DNA of 64,000 bases from a virus. A model generated the notes under the pieces. It saw only the letters and a list, made by a program, of their open reading frames with translations, did not search any database and was not told the origin of the DNA. A program made the position numbers and the translations under genes. This document shows, in pieces, positions 38,004-47,177 of the stretch (position 1 is its first letter; each line of letters begins with the position of its first letter). The stretch lies in IMG/VR virus record IMGVR_UViG_3300042462_000689. The stretch is one strand, 5' to 3'.

Positions 38004-41000
38004 ATGCCGACACGCTACTTCAAAAACTCGGTTGACCAAAACTGGGACGTCCCCGGGAACTGGTGGGCAGACGCCGCCTGCACTGAGGGCTTTTCCGGCA
38101 CCCTGACCGGCGTGAATGTCACGGACACGGACACGGAAGTGACCTGCGACAGCACGGCGGGTCTTGTGGTGGGGCGCCCTATCACCGGCACCGGCATAGA
38201 CACAGGCACTACGGTCGCGAGCATCACGGATGGCACGACGTTTGAACTGAGCCTGCCAGCCATCGCCAACGGCAGTAGCAACCTCACTTGTGAATTGCAT
38301 GGGATTCCCGTGACCGCCGATGATGTCGTCATCGCGACTGGCAACGGCACGGTGGTTGCCCTCCCTTCGGCGGACGTGCTCGGGTTGGTGACGGTGAATG
38401 GGGACAGCGTGCTGGATGTAGGTATGTGGCCGTCTGTGGGGCTATCAGCCGCTAGCTTCGAGTTCAATGACACCAGTTACAATTCAGGCTACATCGCCGG
38501 AAACTGCACCTTCAACGACTCTAGTGCCAACTACGAGGGCAATATCGCCGGAAACTGCACCTTCAATGATTCCAGCTTCAGCTACGGCTCCATCACCGGA
38601 GACTGTACCTTCAACGATACTAGTAGCACCACCCTCGATGTCACCGGAAACTGCACCTTCAATGATTCCAGCTTCAACAATTGGGGCTACATCGCCGGAG
38701 ACTGCACCTTCAATGGCTCCAGCTACAACGGTTCTTCTTCCGCCTCCATCACCGGAGACTGTACCTTCAACGACAGCAGCTACAACGACGGCACCATCAC
38801 CGGTGAGGTCGCCTTCAACGGCAACAGTCGTAACGGCAACAATTCTCCTGTGGTAAACGGCATCATCAACGGGGACTTTACGTGGGGTAGTTCCAATTAC
38901 AACTACGGAATCATCAACGGTGACTGCGTAGGCGGCGCGGTCTTAAATGAGTACCCTGGCGTTATCAACGGAAACTGCACGGTAGCCTCCGGCGGGACGG
39001 TTGCCATCAACGGATGCGTCATCAACGGCGACTGTGACTTCCTTAATGGAGGTTACTCCTTTGGCAGCAGTGCGGTTATTACCGGCAACGTCACGTTCTC
39101 TGGTAGTAGCTATGGCGGTATGTATGGCGGAACCATCAACGGAGATGTTACCTTCAACGACTCTACCGCACTGCAAGGCAGTGGCACCATTACCGGAACA
39201 GTCACCTTCAACAACAGCACCCAAAAAACAGGGGGCTACATATATGGTAATCCAACCTTCAACGATTCCAGTGCTTACGCATGGGGCAGCTCAGGCACAA
39301 TCTTTGGTGATCCAACTTTTAATGACTACACGACGTGTAGTGGCGACATTACCGGAAATGTTACCTTAAACGATAATGCCTATTACTCGGGTGACACAAC
39401 GGGCAATGTTTCGTTCACAATGACGACGTTCGTGAGTGACCCTCTGAACAGCGTATACGGCGGATACGTGAGCGGTACGGTAGATTTTCCAAACGGGGCC
39501 ACCTTCACGCTGGCAAACTCAGAATCATGGATTGTGGACGCTTCCGCATGGACAGGCACACTTGCATGGGAGTTTAACGACACCAGCTACAACGCCAGCG
39601 GAGCCACCGTCACAGGAAACCCCACCTTTAACGACACCAGCTACAACGCCAGCGGAGCCACCATCACCGGCAATCCAACCTTCAATGACTCCAGCTACAA
39701 CCAAGGCTACATCTCTGCGACCTCTGTCACCTTCAATGATTACAGCTACAACCGCAGTGACAGCGGTAATCCGCTAGTCGCCACCTCTGTCACCTTCAAC
39801 GATTACAGCTTCAACGGTCTCGACAACGTCGCAGGCGGTTACATCACCGGAGACTGCACATTTAACGACTTCAGCTTCAACGAATACAACGGCTACATCA
39901 CCGGCAACGCCACGTTCACCGCAGCTGAATACTCGGCACTGGGGGGAAATTATTATTACGGCAGCGACCCACAGCGGGGCACCGTCTCAGGTACCGTCAC
40001 CTTTACCAGCCTCACGCCAGTCAAGTTCACGATGGCGGGAAATGTGTGGTATTCGGACACAACCGGATGGGTGTTTGATACCGCTGGTCAGAATTGGGAG
40101 TTCAACGGCGAGAGCTACGTCCTCGGCACCATCACCGGCGATTGTGTGTTCAACGGCGGTGACAGTTATTCAATCCCCTACCAAATCCAAGGAACGGTCA
40201 ATGGCAACTGTGTGTTCAATGTCTACAACGCCATCGGAACCTCTGGTGTCGTCAACGGCGATTGTGTGTTCAACAACGCTAAGGTCGACGGTACCGTCAA
40301 CGGAAACTGCACGTTCAACGGCTACAGTTGGAGCACTAGTACTAGCAACATCACTGGAGACTGCGAATTTTATGGTAACTCCGCTCAGGGCACCATCACT
40401 GGCGACGTCACGTTCTATAGTGGCTACAACACCGGAACCATCACCGGCAACGTCACGTTCTCTGGTGGCTACAACAGCGGCACCATCACCGGCAACGCAT
40501 CGTTCACCGACACTGCATTCTCCACAGCTACCACAGGATTTTTCAACCCACAGCAAGGCACCGTCACAGGCGGCACCGTGGACTTCCCGAATGGAGCTAC
40601 ATTCACTCTGGCAGGCTCTGAGGTATGGACTACGGACGCCTTTGCATGGACAGGCACACTCGCATGGGTGTTCAACGACACCAGTGCCAACAGCTGGGGT
40701 AGCACCATCACTGGCACCGTCACGTTCAACGATTCCAGCTACAACGGTGGCAGCGGCGTCACCATCATCGGCGACCCAACATTCAACGATAACAGCTACA
40801 ACGGCTACAGCACCATCACCGGCAATCCAACCTTCAACGACAACAGCTACAATGCTAGCGGAGGCGGCATCACCGGCAATCCAACATTCAACGATTACAG
40901 CTACACCACCGGCACCATCACAGGCAACTGCACGTTCAACGATACTAGCTACGTCGATGACAACGGAATCATCACCGGCAACGCCACCTTCACCAACACC

Positions 41001-41534
41001 GCCTTCTCCACGGCAACCACTGGATTCTACAACCCACAGCAAGGCACCGTTTCAGGCACCGTGGATTTCCCGAATGGAGCCACCTTCACGCTGGCAAGCG
41101 GAGAAGTATGGGCTACGGACGCCTCCATATGGACTGGCACACTCGCATGGGAGTTCAACGACACCAGCTACAACGCCGAGCGCATCACCGGAGATTGCAC
41201 CTTTAATGGTTACAGCTACGGCACAGTATCCGGTTCCGTCATCGTCGGCAACTGCACCTTCAACGGCTCCAAATACCACGGTAATGGCACCATCACTGGT
41301 AATGTCTCATTCCGTGAATCTTCCTACAGCGGAGCCAGCGGCATCACAGGAAACGTGACATTCTACGATTCCAGCTACAACTCCAGCGGTGTCATCATCA
41401 CCGGCAACGGCATCATCCGCCAGCACGCCGCTGCATTCGTCGCATGGCGGGACTACGCCACGTCCGCCTACATCACCGGCACGCTCACCTTACAATTCCC
41501 CGAGATGGACATCCTCGGCACCGGCCTGCTATAA
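38004..41534 (+). CDS. large beta-solenoid (ITGNCTFNDSSYN-repeat) protein, probable tailspike/adhesin
   Basis: dozens of roughly 20-aa GxxTFN(D/G) repeats; Gly/Thr/Asn/Ser-rich. Confidence 0.8.
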   Translation: MPTRYFKNSVDQNWDVPGNWWADAACTEGFSGTLTGVNVTDTDTEVTCDSTAGLVVGRPITGTGIDTGTTVASITDGTTFELSLPAIANGSSNLTCELHGIPVTADDVVIATGNGTVVALPSADVLGLVTVNGDSVLDVGMWPSVGLSAASFEFNDTSYNSGYIAGNCTFNDSSANYEGNIAGNCTFNDSSFSYGSITGDCTFNDTSSTTLDVTGNCTFNDSSFNNWGYIAGDCTFNGSSYNGSSSASITGDCTFNDSSYNDGTITGEVAFNGNSRNGNNSPVVNGIINGDFTWGSSNYNYGIINGDCVGGAVLNEYPGVINGNCTVASGGTVAINGCVINGDCDFLNGGYSFGSSAVITGNVTFSGSSYGGMYGGTINGDVTFNDSTALQGSGTITGTVTFNNSTQKTGGYIYGNPTFNDSSAYAWGSSGTIFGDPTFNDYTTCSGDITGNVTLNDNAYYSGDTTGNVSFTMTTFVSDPLNSVYGGYVSGTVDFPNGATFTLANSESWIVDASAWTGTLAWEFNDTSYNASGATVTGNPTFNDTSYNASGATITGNPTFNDSSYNQGYISATSVTFNDYSYNRSDSGNPLVATSVTFNDYSFNGLDNVAGGYITGDCTFNDFSFNEYNGYITGNATFTAAEYSALGGNYYYGSDPQRGTVSGTVTFTSLTPVKFTMAGNVWYSDTTGWVFDTAGQNWEFNGESYVLGTITGDCVFNGGDSYSIPYQIQGTVNGNCVFNVYNAIGTSGVVNGDCVFNNAKVDGTVNGNCTFNGYSWSTSTSNITGDCEFYGNSAQGTITGDVTFYSGYNTGTITGNVTFSGGYNSGTITGNASFTDTAFSTATTGFFNPQQGTVTGGTVDFPNGATFTLAGSEVWTTDAFAWTGTLAWVFNDTSANSWGSTITGTVTFNDSSYNGGSGVTIIGDPTFNDNSYNGYSTITGNPTFNDNSYNASGGGITGNPTFNDYSYTTGTITGNCTFNDTSYVDDNGIITGNATFTNTAFSTATTGFYNPQQGTVSGTVDFPNGATFTLASGEVWATDASIWTGTLAWEFNDTSYNAERITGDCTFNGYSYGTVSGSVIVGNCTFNGSKYHGNGTITGNVSFRESSYSGASGITGNVTFYDSSYNSSGVIITGNGIIRQHAAAFVAWRDYATSAYITGTLTLQFPEMDILGTGLL

Positions 41535-41561
41535 TTTCAGCAACCTCAATCCACAAACACC

Positions 41562-41882
41562 ATGAAACTACAGACACCAGTCACAGTCCAGCCGCCCACA
41601 ATCTATCGCCCCGCCCGCGACAACCAACCCGCGCAGGAGCGAGTTCAGAAGCCAATCGTGCTCACGGAACTCGACGTGACTACCGTGGACAACGAAAAAC
41701 GGAAACTCGCCACCGCCCGTATCCATCCGTTCCCCAAGCAGCTCACGCTTTGGGAAGGTGCAGCCTACGACGCAGCAGGCGACTACACGCAGACCAACGT
41801 GGAAGCCCGCGTGCTCGAACTGCTCGGCACAGACATCAAGGCTGGCCTCGAAGCACTGTTCCCCGCAACGGGGAAGCCGTAA
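41562..41882 (+). CDS. small protein downstream of the solenoid, possible fibre chaperone
   Basis: LWEGAAYDAAGDYTQ..VEARVLELLG; position. Confidence 0.6.
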   Translation: MKLQTPVTVQPPTIYRPARDNQPAQERVQKPIVLTELDVTTVDNEKRKLATARIHPFPKQLTLWEGAAYDAAGDYTQTNVEARVLELLGTDIKAGLEALFPATGKP

Positions 41883-41888
41883 TCGCCG

Positions 41889-42419
41889 ATGTTCACACCC
41901 GCCAAACTCCTGCCGTGGCCCTGGTGGCGTAGATGGCTCATGCGCCTGAAAATCGCATGGGGCTACGCCATCGGGCGCGGCTACTGGTGGTGGGATCTGG
42001 AGACCGGCGAACTCTACGGAAACACGGCGATCTGCCGGGTGTATGGGCTGCCGCCTGGAAAATACCCCACGACCTACGAGGGCTTTGAAGCGATGCTGTG
42101 GGCGGACGATGACCGTGTGACGGTGCGTAGATCAATGGACAAATCGAAGGAGTTGCGCGCCGTGTTCCACGACACGTTCTGCGCGAAGGATCAGACGACC
42201 GGCGCGATGATTTTGATCAAAGCAAAGGGATGGTGGCTCTACCGTGACGGAGAACCCGTCGCGATGCTCGGCTGGAACGAGCGAATGCCTTACTCCCGCA
42301 CAAAGGAAAACGTGATCCGATTCTCGCAGAGCATGGAACGCAAGTTCGTCGAGGGTGATCGAACGGAGTGCATCGTCATGCTGAAAGCCTGCTTACCTAG
42401 ACAATATGCCCGGAAATGA
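41889..42419 (+). CDS. stand-alone PAS-domain protein
   Basis: RLKIA...G.W.WDLETGELY.N..I..VYGL...TYEGFEAML...D...V...F...G....IKAKG...DGEP.AMLG matches the PAS_3/PAC pattern. Confidence 0.75.
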   Translation: MFTPAKLLPWPWWRRWLMRLKIAWGYAIGRGYWWWDLETGELYGNTAICRVYGLPPGKYPTTYEGFEAMLWADDDRVTVRRSMDKSKELRAVFHDTFCAKDQTTGAMILIKAKGWWLYRDGEPVAMLGWNERMPYSRTKENVIRFSQSMERKFVEGDRTECIVMLKACLPRQYARK

Positions 42420-42729
42420 AGAAATCCTCCAGCTCCTGCGGGAGATGCGGACGAACGCCAACGGCAAAAAAGAAACCGTTGCGTATCTCAGCATCGCCGT
42501 CGGCATCCTCTCCGGGTTCCTGTCGTTCTGGGCCGGGCATGCGGTCACGGGAGAACGGGTCTCCCGACTGCAGCATGACTTTATCGAAGCGAAAAGGATG
42601 CAAACCGAACTGCACGCCCGGATTGAGAAAGTCGACCGTGAAAACGATAAGGCCATCTCGGCATTGCGCACGTTGACCCAGGCGCAGCAGGAGGATCTGA
42701 AGGAGCTGCAACGTGCGGTGAAGCGGTGA
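42406..42729 (+). CDS. single-TM plus coiled-coil protein (XhlA/holin-like)
   Basis: VAYLSIAVGILSGFLSFWAG, then heptads. Confidence 0.6.
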   Translation: MPGNEEILQLLREMRTNANGKKETVAYLSIAVGILSGFLSFWAGHAVTGERVSRLQHDFIEAKRMQTELHARIEKVDRENDKAISALRTLTQAQQEDLKELQRAVKR

Positions 42730-42795
42730 AGCCCTGAGCGGCGGCAAGGCAATTCCAGGCTGGACAGTCCTCCGATAATACGGCAGCGTCACCCA

Positions 42796-43053
42796 ATGCA
42801 ACTGCGCCTTCTCTCCATGTTGACCGGCCTGGTGTTTGCCGGCTGCGCCACGGCGCCCGTGGTCTCCAACCGCGCCATCACCGCGACAGGCCAGCACATC
42901 GGCGAGGCCCGAGGCAGCGGCAAGGAGATCCTGAGAATCGGCGGCACTCTTGAGCGCAGCAATGCGAAACTCAAAGCCAGCTCCGACAAGCTGGGCGACG
43001 ACATCAATATCCTGCAGTCCATCCTGAACAGCCTGCGCCCCAAATCCAAATGA
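42796..43053 (+). CDS. small lipoprotein, o-spanin-like
   Basis: signal peptide with lipobox FAG-C. Confidence 0.65.
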   Translation: MQLRLLSMLTGLVFAGCATAPVVSNRAITATGQHIGEARGSGKEILRIGGTLERSNAKLKASSDKLGDDINILQSILNSLRPKSK

Positions 43054-43574
43054 ACTCCGTTCGCGCATTCCTCTGGCCCATCCTCGCATGGGGGCTCCTG
43101 CAGGCTGCCTACTGCCAGGACGAGCCGCCCAAGCCGCGGTTCATCATGGTACCCATCGAGCAGTTCGAGCAGCTCCAGCAGGTGACGGAGGCAATCAGCG
43201 CGGGCCGGGAGGCATTGAATGCGACGATCATCGACCAGGCCGGGACGATCCTGAGCCTGCAAGGGAAGTCAGGTCTCCTCGCTGCGCAATTGAAGGCGGC
43301 CGGCGACGCTGCCGTGATTGCCGCGGAGAATTTCAAGGTAATGCAGGATTTGAATGAGAAGCTGGAGAAGCAATTGCGCAATTGGAAGGTCTTCGGCAAC
43401 ACAGTCCTCACCGTCCTGTTTGGGTTGGCATTCCTCGGCGCCTTCCTCACCACCAAGAACATCACCAAGGACAAGCCATCGTGGATGCTGTGGGCGGTGC
43501 GCATTGCAATCTGCCTGGCCGCCGGCGTGGCGGCATCGAGCGGACTTTTTTATATCATCACCCGACTCATCTAA
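43050..43574 (+). CDS. signal peptide, coiled coil and two C-terminal TM helices, spanin-like
   Basis: hydrophobicity pattern; coupled to the lipoprotein gene. Confidence 0.55.
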   Translation: MNSVRAFLWPILAWGLLQAAYCQDEPPKPRFIMVPIEQFEQLQQVTEAISAGREALNATIIDQAGTILSLQGKSGLLAAQLKAAGDAAVIAAENFKVMQDLNEKLEKQLRNWKVFGNTVLTVLFGLAFLGAFLTTKNITKDKPSWMLWAVRIAICLAAGVAASSGLFYIITRLI

Positions 43575-43576
43575 TT

Positions 43577-43792
43577 ATGAAAAAATTCATCCTCTCAATG
43601 CTGTCCGAGGACGGCGCCGTCTCAGCCATGCGCTTCTGCATGGTCCTGTGGTTCGCCGCACTGATCTTTGCCTGGTTGATCGTCTGCCTCGCGCAGCCGG
43701 GCCTGCCTGAGATTCCAAACAGCCTGCTCACCTTCTCCGGCCTGATGCTCGGCGGAAAGGTCGCACAAAAAGTCACCGAAAAAAAATCATGA
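43577..43792 (+). CDS. holin-like 2-TM protein
   Basis: SAMRFCMVLWFAALIFAWLIV..PEIP.SLL...GGKVAQK; directly upstream of the endolysin. Confidence 0.7.
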   Translation: MKKFILSMLSEDGAVSAMRFCMVLWFAALIFAWLIVCLAQPGLPEIPNSLLTFSGLMLGGKVAQKVTEKKS

Positions 43793-44721
43793 CCAAGATC
43801 GAACGCATCCAACAGACCCTGAAGGACGCGGGTTTTTACGCATTCGAAATCGACAACGACTTCGGACGGAAGTCACGCACGGCCCTCACCCAGGCGGACA
43901 GGGCGACGATCAAGCTCGTGCAGGCCGTCCTCGGATTCGAGGGTGACGATGTGGACGGACGCTGGGGCGTGAAGTCCGAGGGTCGCCTTCAGGCTGCAAT
44001 CGCAGGGAAGGAAGCCCCCAAGATCGACGTCCTGATTCCCGGTGGGCTGAATATGGGATCGGATCACTGGCTCGTTGGTGTGTGGCGGCAGCCGCTTTCC
44101 AGTGGAGGCCCTCTGAAGCCGCGCTACCTTGTCGAGCACTTCACCGGAGGTGCGGATGGGGACGGGGATCTGAACGGCGACTGCATCAAGGACGTTGACG
44201 GTGCCGTGGACGTTATGAAGGCGCGAGGCGTCTCGGCGCATTTCACGATCGATCGGGACGGAACAATCGTGCAGCACGTTCCCTGCAATCAGAAAGCATT
44301 TCACGCAGGCCGGAGCCAGTGGGTCGATCCCACAACCGGCATACTTTACAGTTCCGCCAATGGTAAAGGCGGCAATGATGAAGCCATCGGAATTGAGATT
44401 GCGAACTTGGGCGACTCGAAAGGCGCGTTCGGATGGGGACGCAAAAACGTCCCCGGCTTCGCCACCATGCTCGCACCGCACTGGTCGGGAAAACAAAACG
44501 GGGGAGATGAGTGGGAGATTTTCTACCCGGCACAGATCGCCTCGGTGCTGGCGCTCAGCAAGCTGCTGGTCGCCCGCTACGAACTGCATGACGTGACCGG
44601 CCACGACCGAATCACGCAGCGCAAGAACGACCCTGGTCCGGCATTTGAGGAGCATCTGCTCGCCATCCGTGAGGCGTGTGGATTTGTCGGCATGCCCGCC
44701 GTCCACCGCTCACCGTTGTAA
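43789..44721 (+). CDS. endolysin: N-acetylmuramoyl-L-alanine amidase (Amidase_2) with N-terminal peptidoglycan-binding repeats
   Basis: VEHFTGG, VSAHFTIDRDG.I.Q.VP...AFHAG.SQW, IGIEIANLG, GHD...RKNDPGPAF; DNDFGRKS / DGRWGVKS repeats. Confidence 0.92.
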   Translation: MTKIERIQQTLKDAGFYAFEIDNDFGRKSRTALTQADRATIKLVQAVLGFEGDDVDGRWGVKSEGRLQAAIAGKEAPKIDVLIPGGLNMGSDHWLVGVWRQPLSSGGPLKPRYLVEHFTGGADGDGDLNGDCIKDVDGAVDVMKARGVSAHFTIDRDGTIVQHVPCNQKAFHAGRSQWVDPTTGILYSSANGKGGNDEAIGIEIANLGDSKGAFGWGRKNVPGFATMLAPHWSGKQNGGDEWEIFYPAQIASVLALSKLLVARYELHDVTGHDRITQRKNDPGPAFEEHLLAIREACGFVGMPAVHRSPL

Positions 44722-44727
44722 ATCCAA

Positions 44728-45078
44728 ATGCCCGAGGAGACGTCGCAATTCCGCTTCACCGTCACGGACAAGACCTTCAAGGTGGTCTCGACCATTGCGG
44801 CCGTCGTGGTCATCGGATACAAGGCGTGGAATTGGACCATCGACAATGCCGTGGCGAAGCGCGACTGGCAGAATGAGCACCGGCAGTTCAAGGAGATGCT
44901 GCTCGGCGCTGACAAGGAGCCCGGCATGGTCAACCTGATGAAGGAGAGTCGGACAGCGCTGGTGCGGCTCGACGCGGATTACGGGAAGCTCTGGCTGGAC
45001 ATGGAGGCGCTGAAGAAATGGCGGGATGCCATGACGTTGCCGGCTACGCATGCGCCCGCCACCCCGACTCCCAAATAG
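44728..45078 (+). CDS. single-TM plus coiled-coil protein
   Basis: VVSTIAAVVVIGYKAW hydrophobic segment. Confidence 0.6.
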   Translation: MPEETSQFRFTVTDKTFKVVSTIAAVVVIGYKAWNWTIDNAVAKRDWQNEHRQFKEMLLGADKEPGMVNLMKESRTALVRLDADYGKLWLDMEALKKWRDAMTLPATHAPATPTPK

Positions 45079-45089
45079 GCAGGCTGTGT

Positions 45090-45118
45090 TTGCCATTGGC
45101 GCGAATTGCAGATAATCT
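45090..45118 (+). promoter_or_regulatory. sigma70-like promoter
   Basis: TTGCCA-N17-TAATCT, 6 nt before the ATG. Confidence 0.55.
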
Positions 45119-45124
45119 ACTCAC

Positions 45125-46330
45125 ATGTCTGTCACGACTGAACCATCCACAAGCAAGCTCAACGCGATAATTGCGGCCCTGACCGGCAGCGCACCCGACA
45201 CGCTGGATACTTTGCAGGAGCTGGCTGCCGCGATTAACAATGATCCGGATTTTTTCAACACACTGGTGACGCTGGAGGGCAGCAACACCTACACCGGCAC
45301 GACGAACACCTTCACGCTGCCCACGACGACCGGCACGACCACGACCAGCGGCATCGCGGTTGCGGCGAACAGCCTCACGACAGGAACGGGCGCGGACTTC
45401 TCAAGCACCAGCGCGAGCAGCACGGCGGGCGAAGTCGTGCGGATCGCCAAGACCGGAACGGGCACGCTCAATCAGGCACTCACGCTCACGGCGAGCGGAG
45501 GCACCGCCAATGTCGCACTGAACGCAACAGCAGGACATGTATTGGTGCCGGACGGCTCATACGCCTATAACACTTCAGTATCGCCCTCAATTGGCCGTAG
45601 CGCGGTTTCGGCAAATTCGACAAACCAAGCAGGATTTCTTCTTGGATCAAACTCGCTCACATTGCTGACTAATTCAGTTCGCGGGTTAAGTTTTAGCGGT
45701 TACGGGTCGTTTGGCAATGGCCTGCTGATTACTCCGGTGGGTGGCAACACTACATTCTCCGGAACGGTTGTTTCAACAACCGTCTTTCAAGCCGCAGAAG
45801 ACAAAACATCAACCCCCAACACGGGCACATTCAGAGGCGGCGGCGGGTCAGGGACAAACATCGCGGGTGGCGCGCTGCACATTCAGGGCGGCGCTTCGAC
45901 GGGCAGCGCGGCAGGCGGGTCAATTTTGATTCGCACGACGCCAGCAGGAGGCTCTGGTTCTTCCGCGAATGCCGCCGTGACCGCAATCACGATTGACTCG
46001 ACGCAGGCGGTGACGCTTGCCGCTACCCTAGCCGTGACCGGCGCGAGCACGCTGACGGGGCTTCTCACTGCTAACGGCGGCATCACGCTAGGAAATGCGC
46101 AGAACATCGCTTTCAGCACGACGACCGGAACGAAGATAGGCACGGCAACAACGCAGAAACTCAGCTTCTGGAATTCGACGCCAATCGTTCAACCGACAAC
46201 GTCAGTTGCCAGTGCGACCTTTGCTCACACGGGCGGGGGGGGGGCAAATATCAAAACGGACGACACGTTTGACGGCTACACGATTGCACAAGTAGTCAGA
46301 GCGCTGCGAAACGCCGGACTCTTAGCCTAA
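45125..46330 (+). CDS. tail-fibre-like protein
   Basis: APDTLDTLQELAAAINNDPDF, GGSSTG..AGG.I.I.T and KIGTATTQKLSFWNSTPIVQP fibre modules. Confidence 0.8.
   Translation: MSVTTEPSTSKLNAIIAALTGSAPDTLDTLQELAAAINNDPDFFNTLVTLEGSNTYTGTTNTFTLPTTTGTTTTSGIAVAANSLTTGTGADFSSTSASSTAGEVVRIAKTGTGTLNQALTLTASGGTANVALNATAGHVLVPDGSYAYNTSVSPSIGRSAVSANSTNQAGFLLGSNSLTLLTNSVRGLSFSGYGSFGNGLLITPVGGNTTFSGTVVSTTVFQAAEDKTSTPNTGTFRGGGGSGTNIAGGALHIQGGASTGSAAGGSILIRTTPAGGSGSSANAAVTAITIDSTQAVTLAATLAVTGASTLTGLLTANGGITLGNAQNIAFSTTTGTKIGTATTQKLSFWNSTPIVQPTTSVASATFAHTGGGGANIKTDDTFDGYTIAQVVRALRNAGLLA
46235..46244. repeat. G10 homopolymer inside the fibre gene
   Basis: ACG GGC GGG GGG GGG GCA. Confidence 0.9.
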
Positions 46331-46348
46331 CCCACAACCCACAAACCC

Positions 46349-46636
46349 ATGAAATCACTGTTTGAAATCCAAACCGAATCAGGCCAGCTTTGGCTCGACA
46401 TCTCCGCTTATTTCGCCGCCAAGGACGCGACCATCGCCGCCATCACCGCCGAGCGCGACGCGCACGCGCAGACCATCGCGGACTTCCTCGCAGCCGATGA
46501 CGCGGGCAAGGCCAAGATGCTCTCGGATGCTGCCAAGTCTGCCGATGAGAAGGAGCGCGACGCGGCGCAGGCTGAGTTTGAAGCGGCACAGGCGGCAGCG
46601 GACGCGGCCAAAGCAAAGCTCGACGCGCTGAAATGA
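46349..46636 (+). CDS. small Ala-rich coiled-coil protein (fibre chaperone-like)
   Basis: position after the fibre gene; heptads. Confidence 0.6.
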   Translation: MKSLFEIQTESGQLWLDISAYFAAKDATIAAITAERDAHAQTIADFLAADDAGKAKMLSDAAKSADEKERDAAQAEFEAAQAAADAAKAKLDALK

Positions 46637-46809
46637 AGCACGAAATCCCAAGCTGGCTTGCCGAAGCACTAGCCCTAATCGGCGCGTTTATCCTGCTAAT
46701 CACGCAGGCCAAACGCATCACAAGTCCCGACCTCGACCACGTTCTCCGCGACTGGCAATTCAAAATGGACACACCAGCAACCACTAATTACCATTTGAGC
46801 ATTCTTTAA
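46633..46809 (+). CDS. small single-TM protein (58 aa, not in the ORF track)
   Basis: MKHEIPSWLAEALALIGAFILLITQAK...; AAATGA overlap. Confidence 0.5.
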   Translation: MKHEIPSWLAEALALIGAFILLITQAKRITSPDLDHVLRDWQFKMDTPATTNYHLSIL

Positions 46810-46819
46810 TCACTGACCC

Positions 46820-47167
46820 ATGACACTCACCTTCGATCCCAAAAGCGACAATTCCCCAATCGTCATGCTGCTCACCGCAGCAGCGGCCGCCTCCCCGTAC
46901 AGCTCCGTGATTCGCCGGGATCAATTCGGCCTCAATACGTTCCAGGTGATCAATACCGCCGGAGCCACCGTGAAGCTGTATGTCAGCGTCCTGCAGGATT
47001 TGGATTCTGCCAGCGAGAACTGGCAACAGATCGGAGCCGACATCACCACCAGCGCCATCGTCGTCCTGGACCCGGGCCTTTACCCATACGTGCGCGTCGA
47101 GCGGGATAATGCCACCGGTGGCACGGTCACGGTGGCAATTCAGAGCGGGTGGGGTGTGAACCGGTAA
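46820..47167 (+). CDS. small beta-rich probable structural protein
   Basis: 115 aa; TFQV...ATVKLYVS...WQQIG...YVRV pattern. Confidence 0.65.
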   Translation: MTLTFDPKSDNSPIVMLLTAAAAASPYSSVIRRDQFGLNTFQVINTAGATVKLYVSVLQDLDSASENWQQIGADITTSAIVVLDPGLYPYVRVERDNATGGTVTVAIQSGWGVNR

Positions 47168-47177
47168 GGAGGACCAA

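Noticed and set aside
38004-41534. Possible diversity-generating retroelement target (AAC-rich repeats)
   Set aside because: No reverse transcriptase in the window, and repeat differences are not restricted to adenines.
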